A DNA stretch of 64,000 bases from Vicugna vicugna (Eukaryota), in the NCBI GenBank assembly GCA_013265495.1, contig MU058451.1, positions 1,402,167-1,466,166 of the forward strand, written 5' to 3'. The notes under the pieces are model-generated. The model saw nothing but the letters and a program-made list of their open reading frames with translations, was not told the DNA's origin and searched no databases. A program made the translations under genes and the position numbers. This document shows positions 46,511 through 61,780 of the stretch, one piece after another (positions within the stretch are counted from its first letter, which is position 1; each line of letters begins with the position of its first letter).

Positions 46511-49379
46511 GCAGTGACTCATAGATCATCAGAGGATTGTCTGACGCGATTCTGATTTTGTAGTTTAGGAAACTGAAGTTCAGACAGTTTTAATGACTGG
46601 CCAGTGTCACAGAACCACTTTCAGCACAAGGGTCTCATGATTTAATAAATTGTGATGAATGAATGATCTGGTTATCATTAATTTGGTTAACTAGAAATTT
46701 CAAAAAATTAATACGTAGGCATAATGGCTCCAGTGCTCTTGGCCTCCACTTTCAGCACAATTTCTTCTGATCCCTACGTGAGGCCCACCCATCACGCATG
46801 GCATCCTTTCTGAATTCCAATACTTGAAAGCCGTTTTCTTCCAGAAACTTAACTTTACTCCATAACCCTCAAAACTTGCTTAGGAAAAGGTCTTTTAAGT
46901 TTATTGCTACTAAGGTATGAAAGATTAAATTAATGTTACATTGAAATATTTGTTCTATTAAGAAAGTAAAATCTTTAGCTTCTATGCTGAAGCTTTAGTA
47001 TTTTCAGGTGAAGGAAAGTTCATTTTGAGTTCAGAGGGCCTAAGACTAATTTTGAGTATTCATACACATGAATTGTCACATACTTTTGGAAAATACTGCT
47101 GATCTTGTAATCATTGAAGTGCATTTTATCAAAGGAGATTGATCTACCCTGGAAACCAGGTTGGTCCTTAGAAGAGGGAACTGGGTGTTAAACAGCTATG
47201 AGTCATGATAACATAGTCATCACTAGAGCTTTACAGTTTGGAAATATCTAGTTGTGTTTTCCATCATACTGGGTCAAATACAAAGATAATGTCTGTTTTT
47301 AATTACAAACTAATGGAAGTAGCAACTCAGAGGATCATAAAATATTCAAATTGTAAATTAAAAAAAATTCAGTATTTGGTTTTTACTGTAATCTTTCCCA
47401 AACCATGTTTTGTTTTTGACTAAGATGAAATTGAATCTCATTATATTCAGTACTGATAGCTATCATTTTTTGAACTCCTGTGCACCAGACAAAATGTCAG
47501 GGGATTTACATAATGTAATTCATTCAACTTTATAAGACTCTTGCATGATAGACATTTTTATCCTTGCTTTATGAACATAAATGAATTAAGTACTTAATTT
47601 ATGTAGCAAATTCAATATTTGGCACATAATACACATTTAGTATTAGACATTAAGTAAATATTTCTGAATTCAGAATGAGTGAAGAAGACATGCCCAACGC
47701 CAGAAAGCCTTTGAGTAGCCCATGTAGCCGGCCAGGGGCACTGCTGCCTTCGGGCTGGTCTGGCTGTGAGTGGGGAACAGGTTTCCTGTAGTGGTTCCGA
47801 AGCCTGGGAAATTGGACTCACCTTGGGCAGAGGTTGCGCTCCAGAGTTGGAGTCCTGTGGTCCAGTTGATGCTGTGTTGTAACTAACTCCTGAGAGCTGG
47901 GTTCGTCCTCTTCAGCAAGTCCGCTCTATTCAACATTATCAGCTTATAACTCTTGTCAAGGACTTTCTTCTTACCGTGGAGGGTCATGTGTTACTCATTT
48001 GTCCATGTGCTCATCAAACCTTTGTTAAGAACCTATTTGTTGGGAAATTGGCTGATCTGAAACCACTGTGTCAGATCAATATTGTGTCAGAGGCAGGCAC
48101 AGGCAATCTAAAAAATGACTAAATGGACCTCTTGAATTGTTCCCAGGATCCCAAAGGAAAATGCTTTTGTGCAGAACATGTTAGTAGATCAGTAAATTAC
48201 TGATTAAAGGATAACATACCATTCAGATGTTGGGTTTTAGACTTCTGTACCACTTAATATAAAATACTTGAGAGCTAAGAGAGCAGGGGGAGAGGCATTT
48301 CCTTACACCAGGTCCCATTCACCCAGCGCTCGCCCCGAGAAGAACTGCTGAGCTATTTCTCATCACTCATCTAAGAAGGATCTTGGATCAGACATACCCA
48401 GCACAAAACCTCAAAGGCAGGCAATGGGGTGCGACCACTTTGGGAGTCCCATTTTCTTTAGCGGCCATAATTCCCAGTGTGTGATTGTAGCATGGCTTCG
48501 TTGCACAGTCTCGATGGCTAGTGATAGGGAGCTATTGTTTTTGAAAGATCCAAGCATGCTCTGCAGCGTGGTGTCAAAATGAAAATATAGAATCAAAAAA
48601 CGAAGTTCTTAGAATCTGAATTCTTCCTGAAATCAAAGATCTCTTCTGTTAAAAAAAATTTTACTTGTGATAGGCGAACATGTCCGGGTTTGTTCTTAGA
48701 CTTTTGGAGGAAGGCATTTCAGTGCTAAGTTTCAGTGCTAAAAGCTAGTTATGGTGTCACGAAAGAGTTGAACCATCCTTTAGAATTTTTTTCTGGGATT
48801 TCAGATAAAATGTTTTTGCAAGGAACATTTTTTGCCCCCCTTCAAGGCTCACGTTAAAATAAAGGTCAGGAAATTCAGTCGAGTAAACAAGTTAGCCACA
48901 ACTTTCATCCAAAGGGACGCGCATCACAGGTGTCGCTCGGTGCTGCTGGAGTTGGTTTAAACACATTGGTTATGGTTATATATAGCACACGAAGTCCAAA
49001 CACTCACTCCAACTCCATCATCACTTACTCAGGTTGTCCCAGCAAATTCCTCTTGGACTATTTCTTTGCCAAGTTTAAAAAGTAATGGATTCTAAACTAT
49101 AACAGAGAAAAATCAACTTCTCCATTTTTGAAAAAGGTAAAAAAAAAATTCTCTTCCTTTCCCTAAAAAGGAAACTTTTCACATACAAATAAATTTGTAA
49201 GTAAGTGCATTTAGTTACTATAACAATGAAAGCAATAAACTAGTTTATCTCGGTAGATGAAATTTTTATAAATTAAAAAGTTATAAGTAAATGTCATATT
49301 TATTTTATGGTTTTAAAAGCCATGGGAGATAAGAAGATAAGAAATAGCAAATTAATGTACCTATTATGCTTTCTAAGTA

Positions 49380-49840
49380 AACCTTTCTCTGAAGGAAAGT
49401 ATACGTATAGAAATACACAGTTCATAAGTGTGCAGTTTGAAGCTTTTTCACAAACTGAATACACCCTTGTAACCAGCACTCAAATCAAGAACTAGATTTT
49501 CATTAGAGCATTATCCCAGGAGTTCTTCTCGTGTTCTGTGCTAGTCACCATCATTTCCTATTATTTAGGGTAATCATTACCCTTGGTTCTGACACCATAA
49601 ACTAACTCAGTCATTTTTTTTTGTACTTTGTGTAAGTGGAATTGTACAGTATGTACTTTTTGTGTGTGTCTGGATAATGAATAGAACTGGCAGGAACATA
49701 ACTGTACACATCTTTTGATGAATACATGCATGCGTCTGTCTTAGGTATAAGCCAAACACTAGAGTTGGTGGGTCATAGATTGTGTATGTGTTCAGTTATA
49801 TAGATAATGCCAAACTGTTTGCAAAGTGGTTCTGTGTGCT
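49380..49840 (-). mobile_element. Old L1ME-type 3' fragment
   Basis: TTTTTCACAAACTGAATACACCCTTGTAACCAGCACTCAAATCAAG...GTAAGTGGAATTGTACAGTATGTACTTTTTGTG. Confidence 0.7.
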
Positions 49841-50429
49841 TTTTATGCATGCCTGTGCTAAACTGTAATGCTTTTCCCTATCTCATTTGTCATGAGAGAC
49901 TTTTAAACTGAAAAAAAAAATCTGAAAAACTTCTGCTTCATATATTTAAAGATAATTTTGTTAATATAGTTATTTTGAGTGAAACTTTTTTGTGACCTAA
50001 ATTGTAACTTGTGAAAACATATGTTCATAACGGTACTAACAACTCCACCTGAAGTCCAGGCTGGAAGTTCTGCAATGAAAGGTGAATCACCATGAGACAA
50101 AGCTGTAGTCCAGCTTAGAAATAGTGTGCATATTCTAATTTTACGTAACCAAGCTTTCTATATTACAAACAGATACCAGGTTGCTTTCCAGGATAATCAG
50201 GTAAAAATATGTTTCTAAATCTTTTCCTCAAAATAGCTCAGACAGTTTTTAATCACCGACAATTGAGACCCACCCTGGTTAATTTAGCAAAAAGAAATTT
50301 GATAAAAAGATATTTAGAACCACTCAGTCTCTCAGAGGGTCAGAGAACCAGTCTTGGAGACATGTCAGTCATATAAGATGCCTTTGAACATGTTTTGGAA
50401 CTGCCACAGGATATAAATCCACAGACTGC

Positions 50430-50943
50430 CCTGGGTAGCCGTCTTCAAGATGGCCCCTGTGAGTCTCCCATCCTGGTATTCATATTCTGTGCTGTCTCCT
50501 TTCACATGAAATTAGAGTTGCTCTGTGTGACCAGTAGAGATTGGCAGAGGTGACAGTGTATGACTCATGAGACTAGGTTATAGAGAACATTGAAGCTTCC
50601 CCGTGGTCTCTGAGATTGTACACTCAGGGGGAAGCCAGCTGCCATCGTGTGTCAAGGAGCCCCGTGGAGAGGAACTGCGTTCCCAGCCAACAGCCAGCAC
50701 CAGCTTTCCAGCCACCTGAGTGAACCAACTTGGAAGCAGGCCCTCCCTCCCCACTCACACCTTCAGATGATTGCAGCCTTCCTAATATCTTGACTGCAAA
50801 CCACTCTGAGCCGTGGCCACTCAGCGGTGCTGCTGAATTCCTGACCCACAGAAACTGAGAAAAAGAAATGTTTATAGTTGTTTGAAGCCATTACCTTTGG
50901 AGGGAGGCAGAGAATTTGTTACACAGCAACAGAGAGCCAATCA
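50430..50943 (+). mobile_element. MLT1 (MaLR) LTR, apparently nested in an older MLT1 (about 50250-51290)
   Basis: CAAGATGGCCCC...GACTAGGTTATAG...GAAGCCAGCTGCCAT...CCTGACCCACAGAAACTGAGA...TTTGTTACACAGCAACAG. Confidence 0.8.
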
Positions 50944-51739
50944 TCAATCCTAGATACGGGGTACAACTGTTGGAACTGTTGCCACCACTGCCTTTGGGAA
51001 CTAGATGCATCCGTAAGCAGCATCACCAAAATGGATTCTGCACGGTCTCCCTTTCTTCAGTTCATGGCTTCTGATTCAAAATCAGGGCTCTTTGCATTTG
51101 ACAGACACTGCCTGGAATGATGTGCCCATATTTCAGTTGCAAAGAAGGCTTGGAAATGCAAGTAGCTGCCCACTGACCATTTCAACTTCTAGTATAGAAG
51201 GTGAGTTCTGCCTCAGAAGGAAGTTCCCCAAACCTAGGAAGATAGTTTTGACACCGGGCAGCCAAGAGGAAGCCAAGTGTCCGCTGTGTCAGGACTCCTC
51301 CAAGTGTGCTGTTCTGTGAATTTTCTGTGCTTGGCCTGTGATAGACAAACACAGAAAGTGAGAATGAGCTTTCAGAAACTTTTATAGCCATTTGAGATGG
51401 CCACAATATTTTTACTGTGTTTGACAACATTGTTGACCCACAACAAGTTGAAAATAAAACACAGAACTGGTTCTTCCTAAAACCACAGATAGTTTGAGAA
51501 GCATTGTCCAGCACCGTATCTATCACAGTAGGACTCTTATTTGAAACTACTGTGCCTCTCAACTCTGCCTTGAGAGCCTCAGGAAGACATTGTTTTCTCA
51601 TGTGACTGATGTCGCCGAGGGATAGTTTTCCCTGCATCCCTTTAGCTACTCAGAGATCCTGACATCCTTCATACCTCAACTCCTTGCATTAAAAATCAAA
51701 TTGTTTTGGCCCAGGGACATGATGGGAATAAGAGGAGTA

Positions 51740-51930
51740 ATTCTGTAATCCTCACAACAAATCTATGAGATAAGTATTAGCGTGGCACCTGCTTTACCAA
51801 TGAGATCAGTGAGGCACAGGGAAGATAAGTAACTTGCCTGGTCACGCAGCTCTCCACTGGGGAGAACCAGCCTTTGAACTCAGCCAACCAGCTCTACCTA
51901 GAGATTGCACTCTTGGCCACTCTCCCACAT
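51740..51930. mobile_element. MIR SINE
   Basis: TAATCCTCACAACAAATCTATGAGATAAGTATTA...GAGGCACAGGGAAGATAAGTAACTTGCC. Confidence 0.75.
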
Positions 51931-53807
51931 AGCCAGCCTCTCTAAAGGACGAGGGAAAAGACTGATACGATGCAAAATATTAAATCAAAGGGTTTCTTGG
52001 ATATGGAGTTTGTTTCCTCTTTGAGTAAAGACCTTTGTGGAGATCTCTAAGAAAGAACTTTTAGGAAAATGCTATTTTTTCTTAGTTGTTAATCTACTGT
52101 ATGTTTCAAGAGCTCTGGTGCCTGCCTTCTACAACATTATAAAGCCTTTGAAACATAGTAAGTAATCACATTCCAGGGTTATGCTTTTAAGACAAGTACC
52201 TTTATGTTTTAGGTCATTTGTGAATATGGCTTTAAAAAAATATATTGGAGTCTCTCAAGACTGAGATACACAAATCTTTCAGAATTTTAACTTCCGAGGT
52301 ATGAAATGTTAGGTGGATTTCAGCATTACACACCAATCCTACAAAATTTATATGTATTTTATATGTATATAATTGATCCCTTAAGAATGGTGGTCCATTT
52401 AGCAGACCATGAAGCTAATTTCCAGAGGTCAAAGAACCAACTCACAGTATGAAGCAGCTGTCCATGACCTCAGAACAAGTCAAGGCAAGCCTGGACTCCA
52501 AGCTGAAGGCTTTTGTACACCCTGTAACAGCCCACATCCATCCCTTACTGACAGAGCCCTAACTGGATTTCAAACCCTGTAAATTCCCAGCACACCTCTA
52601 AGAAGTTGAGGATGGCTAAAAGTCATTTCACAGTAGGATTGATTTGCAGCCAGAATCAACCAGCCTTTGGCCTCATTTTTGTGTAGCTTGGATGATCCTA
52701 TCATCAGATCTGCCTCTCTATATAAAATGTTTCCTGTTTGAATTTCCTTTTTCAAATGAATGGATTTATTATCCTAGAGAAAGACTTGGCCTCGCTGTTC
52801 TCAGAAGGGCAGGAGGAATGAAACGTTATAGATCAAATGCATTTCATGTGGCCCTGTCAGCTGAGAATTGGTTTATGTGTATCATTTTATGGAAGGCAGA
52901 GGAACAGAGACACACACATTGAATATATTGGTGTAACAACACTGGCTAGGTCCAAGAAAACAGATATGTATATGGAGAGAGAAAGAGAGGGCCAGAGGGG
53001 AGAGAGAAGGAAAGAGAGTGAGGGAGGTGGGAGAGGAGAAAGAGAGAGAGATCACATGGTCCATTCTTATCTCACTTGGAATGTGTGGACCAAAACGGAA
53101 TTCCATGCCAGTAAGTGGAGTGGAAGAGGGAGGGATCAGTGTTGGATGAAAAAGACTGAGAAGCCTTCATGGAAAAGCTGAAATCTTAGGCAGGATTTGG
53201 ATAACAACATGGCCCATCACTTACTGAATACCTGCTTGATTAAACATGATCTTAAAAAATCTTTAGCAGCCGTTTGAGGTAGGTACTACTGTACTTTACT
53301 TTCTGTTTCACAGTTCCAGAAGTAAGTTGCCCATATCACATAGTTAAGAGGTAACTGGAGTTCAAACCAGACTCTAAAGCACATGCTCTTAACTCCATAC
53401 TTCTCTTTGCTGCCTCAGACCACGCAGAGGAGAGGTACCGAGTCCAGGGATGGAGTGGGAGACAGCAATCTGAACGAAGGTTGGGAGGTGAATGAAATCA
53501 TATTCTGGGGTCAGTGCAACTGGCCTGACCAGCAGATGACTTAAGTGGATGGTTTTTGAGGGAGAAATTGTGGTTGATAAAACTGGAGAATTGATAAAGT
53601 TGAAAAATGTTATAGGAACTAAAGATTACTACATAAATGGATTCTTAGCATGGAAATAATATTATGGAAAATACAATTTTCTTAGGAGGGTGAGCTCAGC
53701 AGTCAGTCCTATGTAGATGAACTGACAGGGGAAGGATGGGAGGCTGGGAAGTCACTGAGAAGATCTGCACAAGTGACAGGGACGAGGCGATGAGACGTGG
53801 ACTAGTG

Positions 53808-54292
53808 TAGCAGTTCTTGGATTTGTCAATGGTCTTGGGATCATTGATAAAAATGATGGAGGGCTGCAGAGTGCTTTTGTTTACATGGGTTTTTATCTAT
53901 TGTTTATCAAATTTGAAATTAAAAGAAAATTTTAAACATGTATTAAATTATTTAAAATAATAACATAAATATTAACATAAAAGCATTTTCATGAAAAAAT
54001 ATTTTTGAAACAAAATACTGAGAAAATGATTTTGTTTTACACTCCTGCAAGTTCCTTTACTGTCTAGCTTAATAGGATCTGTCTGGATTGTCATATATTC
54101 AGTTGTCATGCAGTTTGTTGTAATGTCACAAGACATGTGGTCTCCAGAAAAATCCACTGTACACTTGTGAGAGAAAGTGAAAAAGGCAAATAGCACCTAA
54201 AAATTATCATGAAAATTGTTTGACCCCATGACACCCTGAAAGACTTTTGGGGACTCCCATGGGTCCCTGAATGACAGTTCGAGAACCACTGG
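53808..54292 (-). mobile_element. hAT-Charlie-type DNA transposon remnant
   Basis: Minus-strand terminus CAGTGGTTCTCGAACTGTC...GGGACCCATGGGAGTCCCC...TTTCAGGG, typical of Charlie elements. Confidence 0.65.
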
Positions 54293-54984
54293 GCTGGAAT
54301 GTGTCCAAGGAGATGAGAAACATGGACTGACCCAGAGAAACAAAACAGCAGCATCTGGAGACTGATCGGGCTTAGGGGGAACTGCCAAGGGAAGAGTCCT
54401 GTGTGATCCACACATCAGACCTGGGTGACCTGCAGCAGTTGTGACGCTGCTTGCAGGATGGGGAAACCCACAGGGGAAGGCAGTCTGGTGGGGAAGTTGG
54501 TCATTTCTGGTTTTGGTGATTTGAATGTGAAGTAACAGAAAGACATTCAAGTACACGTGAAGTTAGGTCACAGAAGGTGATAGGACCTTTTGTTACTAAT
54601 GAAAGTAACTTTTTCAAAAGTGAGTTTTAAAATGAAATTTAAAAATTTAATTTGAAAATGAAATGGAAGCAGGTACTACCCTTTCTGTTTAATTCATCAC
54701 AATGCATTTATTTATTTATTTAGGGTGGAACATTAGAGGAATTCAACTGTACTTGAAAGATTTTATTTCTTAAGATGAGGAATAAGTATATGGGCATTTA
54801 TTTTATTATTCTTCATGCAGGTTTATATGTCTAGAATAATTTATAATAAATCAAAAAATTTAGAGTTCACATCACCGACTAATTCACACATCTCTCTGTC
54901 ATATACACGCACACACACAATATTTATATTTCTTAGATTAGATGCCATTTTATTTCCAGATGCTAGTGCTAGGGATGACCATTT

Positions 54985-55210
54985 AGAAAAAGAAATAAGG
55001 GAAGGGAGAGAGGAGAGAGAGAGAAAAAGAGGTGGGGGAGAGAGAGAGAGAAAGAAAGGGAGAAAGAGAAAGGAAAGAAAGGAAGAAAGGGAGGGAAGGG
55101 AGGAAGGAAAGAAGGCAGAGAAAGAAAGGAAAGAAGGAAGGAAGAAAAGAAAGAAGAAAGAAAGGCAGAAGAGAGGGTGAGGGGGCAAGGGAGTGGGGAG
55201 GAAAGAAAGT
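54985..55210. repeat. Polypurine (GA/GAAA/GGAA)-rich low-complexity tract
   Basis: About 220 nt almost purely A/G on the + strand. Confidence 0.9.
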
Positions 55211-58200
55211 ATGTAAACTAAATTCAAAATCTTGCACCTTCTCTTTAGACATTGAAATGCAGTCTGTATGGAAACGGCTTATCTGCCACTCTGACAAAAT
55301 ACAGGAAAAGTGTAAGCTGAATAGGAAGGTGCCAGTATTCACAGGATACCAGAGACCTGTATGTTAGTTACTATGTGTATTGAGTAATGAATGATTTAGT
55401 CAGACCCGAAGTTCCTAGAGGAGTTTACAGCATTTTGTAGGAAAGATGAATGGGAAACAGAATTTCTACTTATGTGGTAGGTTTCCTGTGGAATCGGGGC
55501 ATCAGAAGAACAAAGTACTTACAGGGTGCAGCAGAGGAAGCAACGACATGTCCCTGCTCTGGGAGTGGAGGAGATCTGAGTGTGAGCTCTGACTCAGGCA
55601 CTACTAGCTTTGAGCCATTGGGGATGTTACTTAATTGCATGAGCTTTAGTTTTAAAATATTTTTACCGATTAAAAATATAGTAATAGTAGCTGCTTCCCA
55701 GGATTGCAGCCAGGGTTAATGCAGGGTAGACCTCAGTGAATGAAGGCCCCTCTTACCATGTATCACAGACCATTAAACCTCCATCTGTCGTCCACCCCCG
55801 CACTCACCCCCCCGCACCCCCCACCACAATGGCCGTCCACATGAACGCTCATATTCTAACTACTTTGATTACAGTCTCCACCACAGAGTCATGCAATTGT
55901 CCTCCTCCTTAAGCCTTCAAGAGCCGGGGCCCTGGTTTCTATCAGCCTTTGCCAAATCTGGAGTATTTCCGGGGCATACCTTATGCCTTCCTGTCTGTGA
56001 ATTTCACAGGCTTTTCATTTTCTGATCCTTCTTTAACTCTGAAACTATTGCATATTCACCATATTACATACCTTTCCAAAGTGTGTCTTATAGCCATTGT
56101 AACCAACTAATAAATGAAGTGGGCAAGAATATATAAGTTGTTTAATTTTTATGCAAGAAATTAACATGCTAATAAAAACTCATAAAGTCTTTTAAAAAGC
56201 ATGTTTGTGGTGGGGGTGCTGTGAGAGGTGATGATCATTAGAATATCTTAGATCATTAACAAGTAGATTTACAGGTAGAAGAAGACAATCATTTACCTTC
56301 AGTGTCTATTACAGTGTTTAGTGAATATACTCCCACCTGAGGCTCTGAACTAGAAGTAAGCCAGGTGCCTTCTTAGATCAATGAATGAATGAATGGGGCA
56401 AGTGAAAAGATGTATGCAAAGACTGCTTAGCCAAAAATAATGTGCGTACGCTAAAGTGATGAATTTCACTGTGTAGGCAATTTAGCTAACAATGAAGCTT
56501 AACTTTCTTGACAAACAGGAATTTCATTTTTGGTTCTTTTTTTTACTCCAAGGATATCATTCATGTAAGGTAGGGACAAAAGTTACCTTAATGCCAAGTA
56601 GAACGTCTTTCTACTAATAATTGTTTCATAAACATATGTGTTCTATAAACTGTCATAACCCTTATTCTTTTGTACTCGTTTCATGACCTTTGCAAACAAA
56701 TGGAAGACTCACATTTGCTCAGTTCCCCTTGGTACTTAATTACTAGAAATTTAAGGACGTAGCAGGGATGACAGCTGTTCTGAGTTTCAGTTATTTTTCT
56801 GCTTGTCTTCCAGGCTAATAACTTGGAGGTCTGGGCTGAATGCATTCCATTTTTAGCAATGGGAAGCATCTAGAGAATCTTGTTTCCCACATAACTGAGT
56901 GGAACAGAAGTGGGTCACCCACAAGTTTCAGAAATCCTCTTAGAAGGGCTCAGGAGCTAAGCGGAACATTTCCACTCTTGGGAACAATTGGTTTTAATCA
57001 GAAGATTCAGCAATGAAAGCAGAAAGCTGGGCTGAAACAGAAGGGGTGGTAAAGAAGACTTCCTGAATAGTAACAATGCCTGTGCAAAATAATGCTTGAC
57101 ATTCTTTTGGTGAATTTGAGCATTATTGCTGTGGTTTACACCAAGATACAGAATCATATGTCTCACATAGAATCGTAGACTTAAGACCTAAATTGAATTG
57201 AAGGTGTTACTTGGATCAACTTCTTTTACAGCCCAGGAGACTGGGATCCAGAGAGCTGAAAGGACTTATCCAAAGTCCTATGGCTCGTCCGGGGCAGAGC
57301 TGGGAACAGAACACATTTCCTCTTCCCAGTCAGAGCACTTCCCTCCCCACCACATCTGCTTCCTCTCCTCCTTTTCGCTTTTGTCCCTCAGGTCAGAGCT
57401 CCAGTGCTCTGGTGGATGTTCTCAGCACAATCTCCAGATGGCAATTTTCGACACTTCTGTGTCTGGGCACCTTCTTGTCTCCCAACTTAAAAAAAAAATG
57501 TTTTTGTGAAATTATTCAGTTTTGTGGTAGAGTCAAGCAATGATGTTTGAAAATTTATTGCATTTGGATAATATCTAGATGGCAGCTGATAATATATAGC
57601 TCTGTGCTATTGAGGTAGGTGTGTTTAGAGAATCATACAGCTGGAAGGAGTTCTTTGGCTCATGTGATCTAAGCCCCTACTTTACAGATTAGGAAACAAA
57701 AGCCTGGAAAATTTAGTAGCCATCAGTTTAAAATACATGGAGTGTTCTAATGTCATGGAATGTTCTCTCAAAGCAACATTTGTGTGTTTGAACTTTGATT
57801 CTATAAAAGGTTTAACAAAAATGGTCATTTTTTTCTTGCATTCTAACTAAAGCTCTTTGTATTTATTAAATATTAATGTACATTATTATATTTTTTTTGT
57901 TTTATTCACTTGGAGGGATTCTAATAGGAATAGCATTAAATCATCAACCATTGAAAATTATTAGAATACTGGGGTCTGAATAACAATGTAATTTGAGCAG
58001 CAGTAGGCTACTGTGGTCATCAACATTACCATTTTGATTAGATTGACAGTGTACTTGTCACACATGTATCTGGTTGTCATTGCTTATGCTGTTGTCATCT
58101 CAGCATCCTACAACTTCACCTGTGAAATCCTCCCCACTGCCCATCCTTCAAAGCTCAGGGCAATGCCTCTCCCCTATGAAGCTTTCAACAGTTGCTCCAA

Positions 58201-60659
58201 ACCTAGAGCATCTCTTCCTCTTTTGCATCCCAAATTCTTCTCTTCTGTCACGTATTACACTAGCCTGTGTTTTACTAGTAAATTAAATGGTGCTCTTACT
58301 CCTATTCTGGATTTTAAACTCCACAAGGGAAGAGATTAGGTTAATAGTTTTGGATTCCCTGCAATATCTTGTATTTTGGAGATGCACAGTATTTGTTAAA
58401 TGAGTAAATGAGTGGATAATAAATATGAAAGCACTTGGCCAAACACAAAGCCTTAAACTTTAGAATATTGATGGTGAACAGCACAAAGTGGGGAAGTCCT
58501 AAGTTTTTAAAGTTGAGACTCACTTGAGAATTTATTGAGAAGCTGAGTGTCCAGAACAGATATCATAAAGAATGTCTTCAGTTCCTCTCTGGGATGTCTT
58601 TATTCACAGACTAATCTGAGAAATAACCGTTGGTGAAATACCATACGACATTGCAAGTTATAAGGGTGGAGTTTCCATAATATTCAGTTCCCTGCGATTG
58701 GAAAACCACATGTTGCCCTTTCAAGAACTGTTTTAGCCGTATCAGGTGCGTGAACAGACTCCAGGCACCATCTGCTCCACCGCTGCCAATTAAGTTTGCT
58801 GTGTTCTCCCTGACAGACTGACTGTTCCATTAAAACAAGGGGCTTTTCCAGGAAAAAAGATCTTGGGATTTTCTTTGGTCATTAGATAGCTCTACATCAG
58901 ATAGGAGCATAAAAATTTTCTTTGTGTGGGGAAAGAGGAGAGCTTTCCTGAAGTGGGGCTCATATTACAAAAATGGGGGGAAAGGGATTTAAGCGCTTAT
59001 TTCAGTTCCTTTTCCAAACATGGAAAGTTAAATAGTAGTTCAGCCTCAATCCTTTCAGAGGAAGATCTCATTGCAAATGTAAACTCCACTGCTCGCTCAC
59101 AGTGTTTCATATATTGCAAATAACCCAGACTTGAGATTCAGGCGGCCACATGCAAATCCTAGGTGAAAGTCTGGAAGTGTCAGCTCAAAAGCAAAAGAAT
59201 TCTCTCTACACACTTAGGTTCTGATTTAACTGTATTTTTTTTTAACTGCCTATATTATGGACCTCCATGTTTTATCCTTTTAAATGTAAAACATGAGAAA
59301 ACTAATACCGCCCCATTATTAGTTGGCCACAGAGTAAATCATTGGCAGAAATGGAACATGGCCTTTGAATTTTAAACTCGCTCAAGTCCATGAGGCCAGA
59401 TTGCCTCGTACTTGGCTTTGCTGTTGCTGCTGCGTGGTGAGGATGGATTAAGCATACCTGACTATTGTCTCTAAGGATAAAAGCTCCATAGAACATACTG
59501 CTTGAAACAATTAACTGAGACGAAAAACTTCATCTGTATTTCCTTCTCTGCAAGTTACTTGACTCTGTGAGCCTCATTGTTCCCAGTTTGCAAAATGAGA
59601 ATAGTCACTCGCCCTGCACCTCTCTTACATTCATTACAAAAAATATAGAGAGCCTCAAAAATTGTGAAGTCCTGCGTGCGTGTGAGGTATTGTTGTAACT
59701 GTAGAGTGCTACATGTATTCATCTTGTGAACCTTTGACTTTCTTTAGTGAAACACTGAAACACACTGAATATCTGGTACCTCCCCTACTGTTCTGTAATT
59801 GCTTACCTAGAAAAGGGAAAAGGCCTGCTATCCAGGAGGGGTGGAGGGGACAGACAATTTTGTTAATTAGCATATAAACACATGTAGGGAGTTATCTGTC
59901 ACTTGAGGAAGTGCTTTCCTTCTTATTCCTTCTCTTCCTTCTTCTTTCACACACACACATGCACGCATGCATGCACGCACGTACACCAGTATAGACTCAC
60001 TGATTATTTCTTGTTGTTCAAGTCAGTAATAGCCCATTACTTTTATTATTCATTTTGATGCTCAAATTGTCACAGATTTGACCATGGGGAGCCCCTTAAG
60101 TTGTCTCCTATGGCCTGCTACGTGTCCCATCATTCTTTGAGCACTTCCTTACTTATTTTTTGCACAAGATGTGCTAGGCTCATCTTGTCCTTTCCTTTCC
60201 CCAGCCCTAGAATCAACATTTTCCCAAGAAGTTCTGGTTCCTTTTGGTAGAGAATGGGATTTAGAAACCAAGATCTTTGTGTTGGATGTGCCCATTGCTC
60301 CTAGAGTGTCATTGCTTTTAGGTCCTCACAGAGAACAGAGGAAAATAAGGAAAAAGATGCAGCCGGTCTGAAATGTGTGTTTGTAGGTGACATAATGAGT
60401 CTTCCAAGTAGAAGAAATCAAGTCCATATGTATGTGTTTTCTTATTTTCTTGTTTTTAATTTCTCTGATTACTAGTAATGCTAAACCCTTTTGCCATATT
60501 TATTTGTCATTTATTTTTATTCTTTTGTGAAAATAAGTGTATACTTTTTTCTTTTTCCTAGTTCACTATTGGGTTATTTGCCACTTCTTTTATGTATTTG
60601 AACCTTTTCTTTTTTTAAACTTTGACCTTTAAAAACTTTACAAGTATATATACATATAT

Positions 60660-61780
60660 ATATTTGAAAACAGGAACTGAAACAGATATGTATATGCATA
60701 TTGCAGCATTACTAATGCAGCATAATACAGCATCCTTGCTACATGACTAGTGATAGACAAAAAGTGGAAGCAATTCAAGTGTCCGTCAACAGATAATAAA
60801 ATGTAATGCTGTTGACCCTTGAAAAGCAAAGGTTTGAACTGTGAGGGTCCACATATTAGTGGATTTTTTTTCAGTAGTAAACACAGCAATGTACTACATG
60901 ATCTGAGGTTGGTTGAATCCACAGGTGTGGAACCATGGATATGGAGGAGCTGGATACATGAGGAAGGTTATGAGTTACAAGTTATGTAAGTTGACCGACT
61001 ATAAGTTATAGGCGGATTTTTGAGGCATGGAGGGTGGGTGCTGCCAACTCCTGTGTTGTTCAAGGGTCAACTGTATATGCAAAAAGTGAAATATTATTCA
61101 GCTATAAAAAGGAATGAAGTTCTGCTACATGCTACAACATGGATGAATCTCAGAAATGTGCTAAGTGAAATAAGCCATACACAAAAATTGAATGATTCCA
61201 CTTATATGGATTACCTAGAGTAAGAAAATTCATAGATTAGAGGTCATCAGGGGAAGGGAGGATGGGGGGGTTATTGCTTAATGGTTAGAGTTTCTCTTTG
61301 TAGTGATGGAAAAGTTTTAGAACTAGAGAGTGGTGATGGTTACATAGCATGGTGAATATAGTTAATGCTACTGAATTGCACACTTAAAATGGTTAAAATA
61401 ATAAATTTTATGTTTCATGTAAGTGAAGTAAGCCAGAAAGAGAAAGAAAAATACCATATGATCTCGCTTATATGTGGAATAAAAAAAAAGATACAAATGA
61501 AGTTATTTACAAAACAGAAACAGACTCACAGACATAGAGAACACACTTATGGTTGCCAGGGAGTAAAAGGGGTGGGAAGGAATAAATTGGAAGTTCAAAA
61601 TTTACACCTCTTGGTGAGTGATGGAAATCTTAGATATCTTGATTGTGGTGATGGTTTCATAGGTGTTTATATCTATCAAAATTCATCCAATTGTACATCT
61701 GAAATATGTGTAGTTTACCATAGAGAAATTATACTACAATAAAGTTGTTTAAAAATAAATAAAATTAAATAAAATAAATA
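60660..61780 (+). mobile_element. Composite L1 3' ends (old L1MB-type plus a younger fragment at about 61418-61600)
   Basis: AATATTATTCAGCTATAAAAAGGAATGAAGTTCTGCTACATGCTACAACATGGATGAATCT; AAGTGAAGTAAGCCAGAAAGAGAAAG; A-rich tail at 61740-61780. Confidence 0.8.
60809..61073. mobile_element. Tigger2/MER8-family MITE inserted in L1
   Basis: Terminal inverted repeats CTGTTGACCCTTGAA... / ...TTCAAGGGTCAACTG followed by TA. Confidence 0.85.

Noticed and set aside
54815..55367. Charged (E/R/K) and F/S/L-rich ORFs
   Set aside because: Translations of a polypurine simple repeat.
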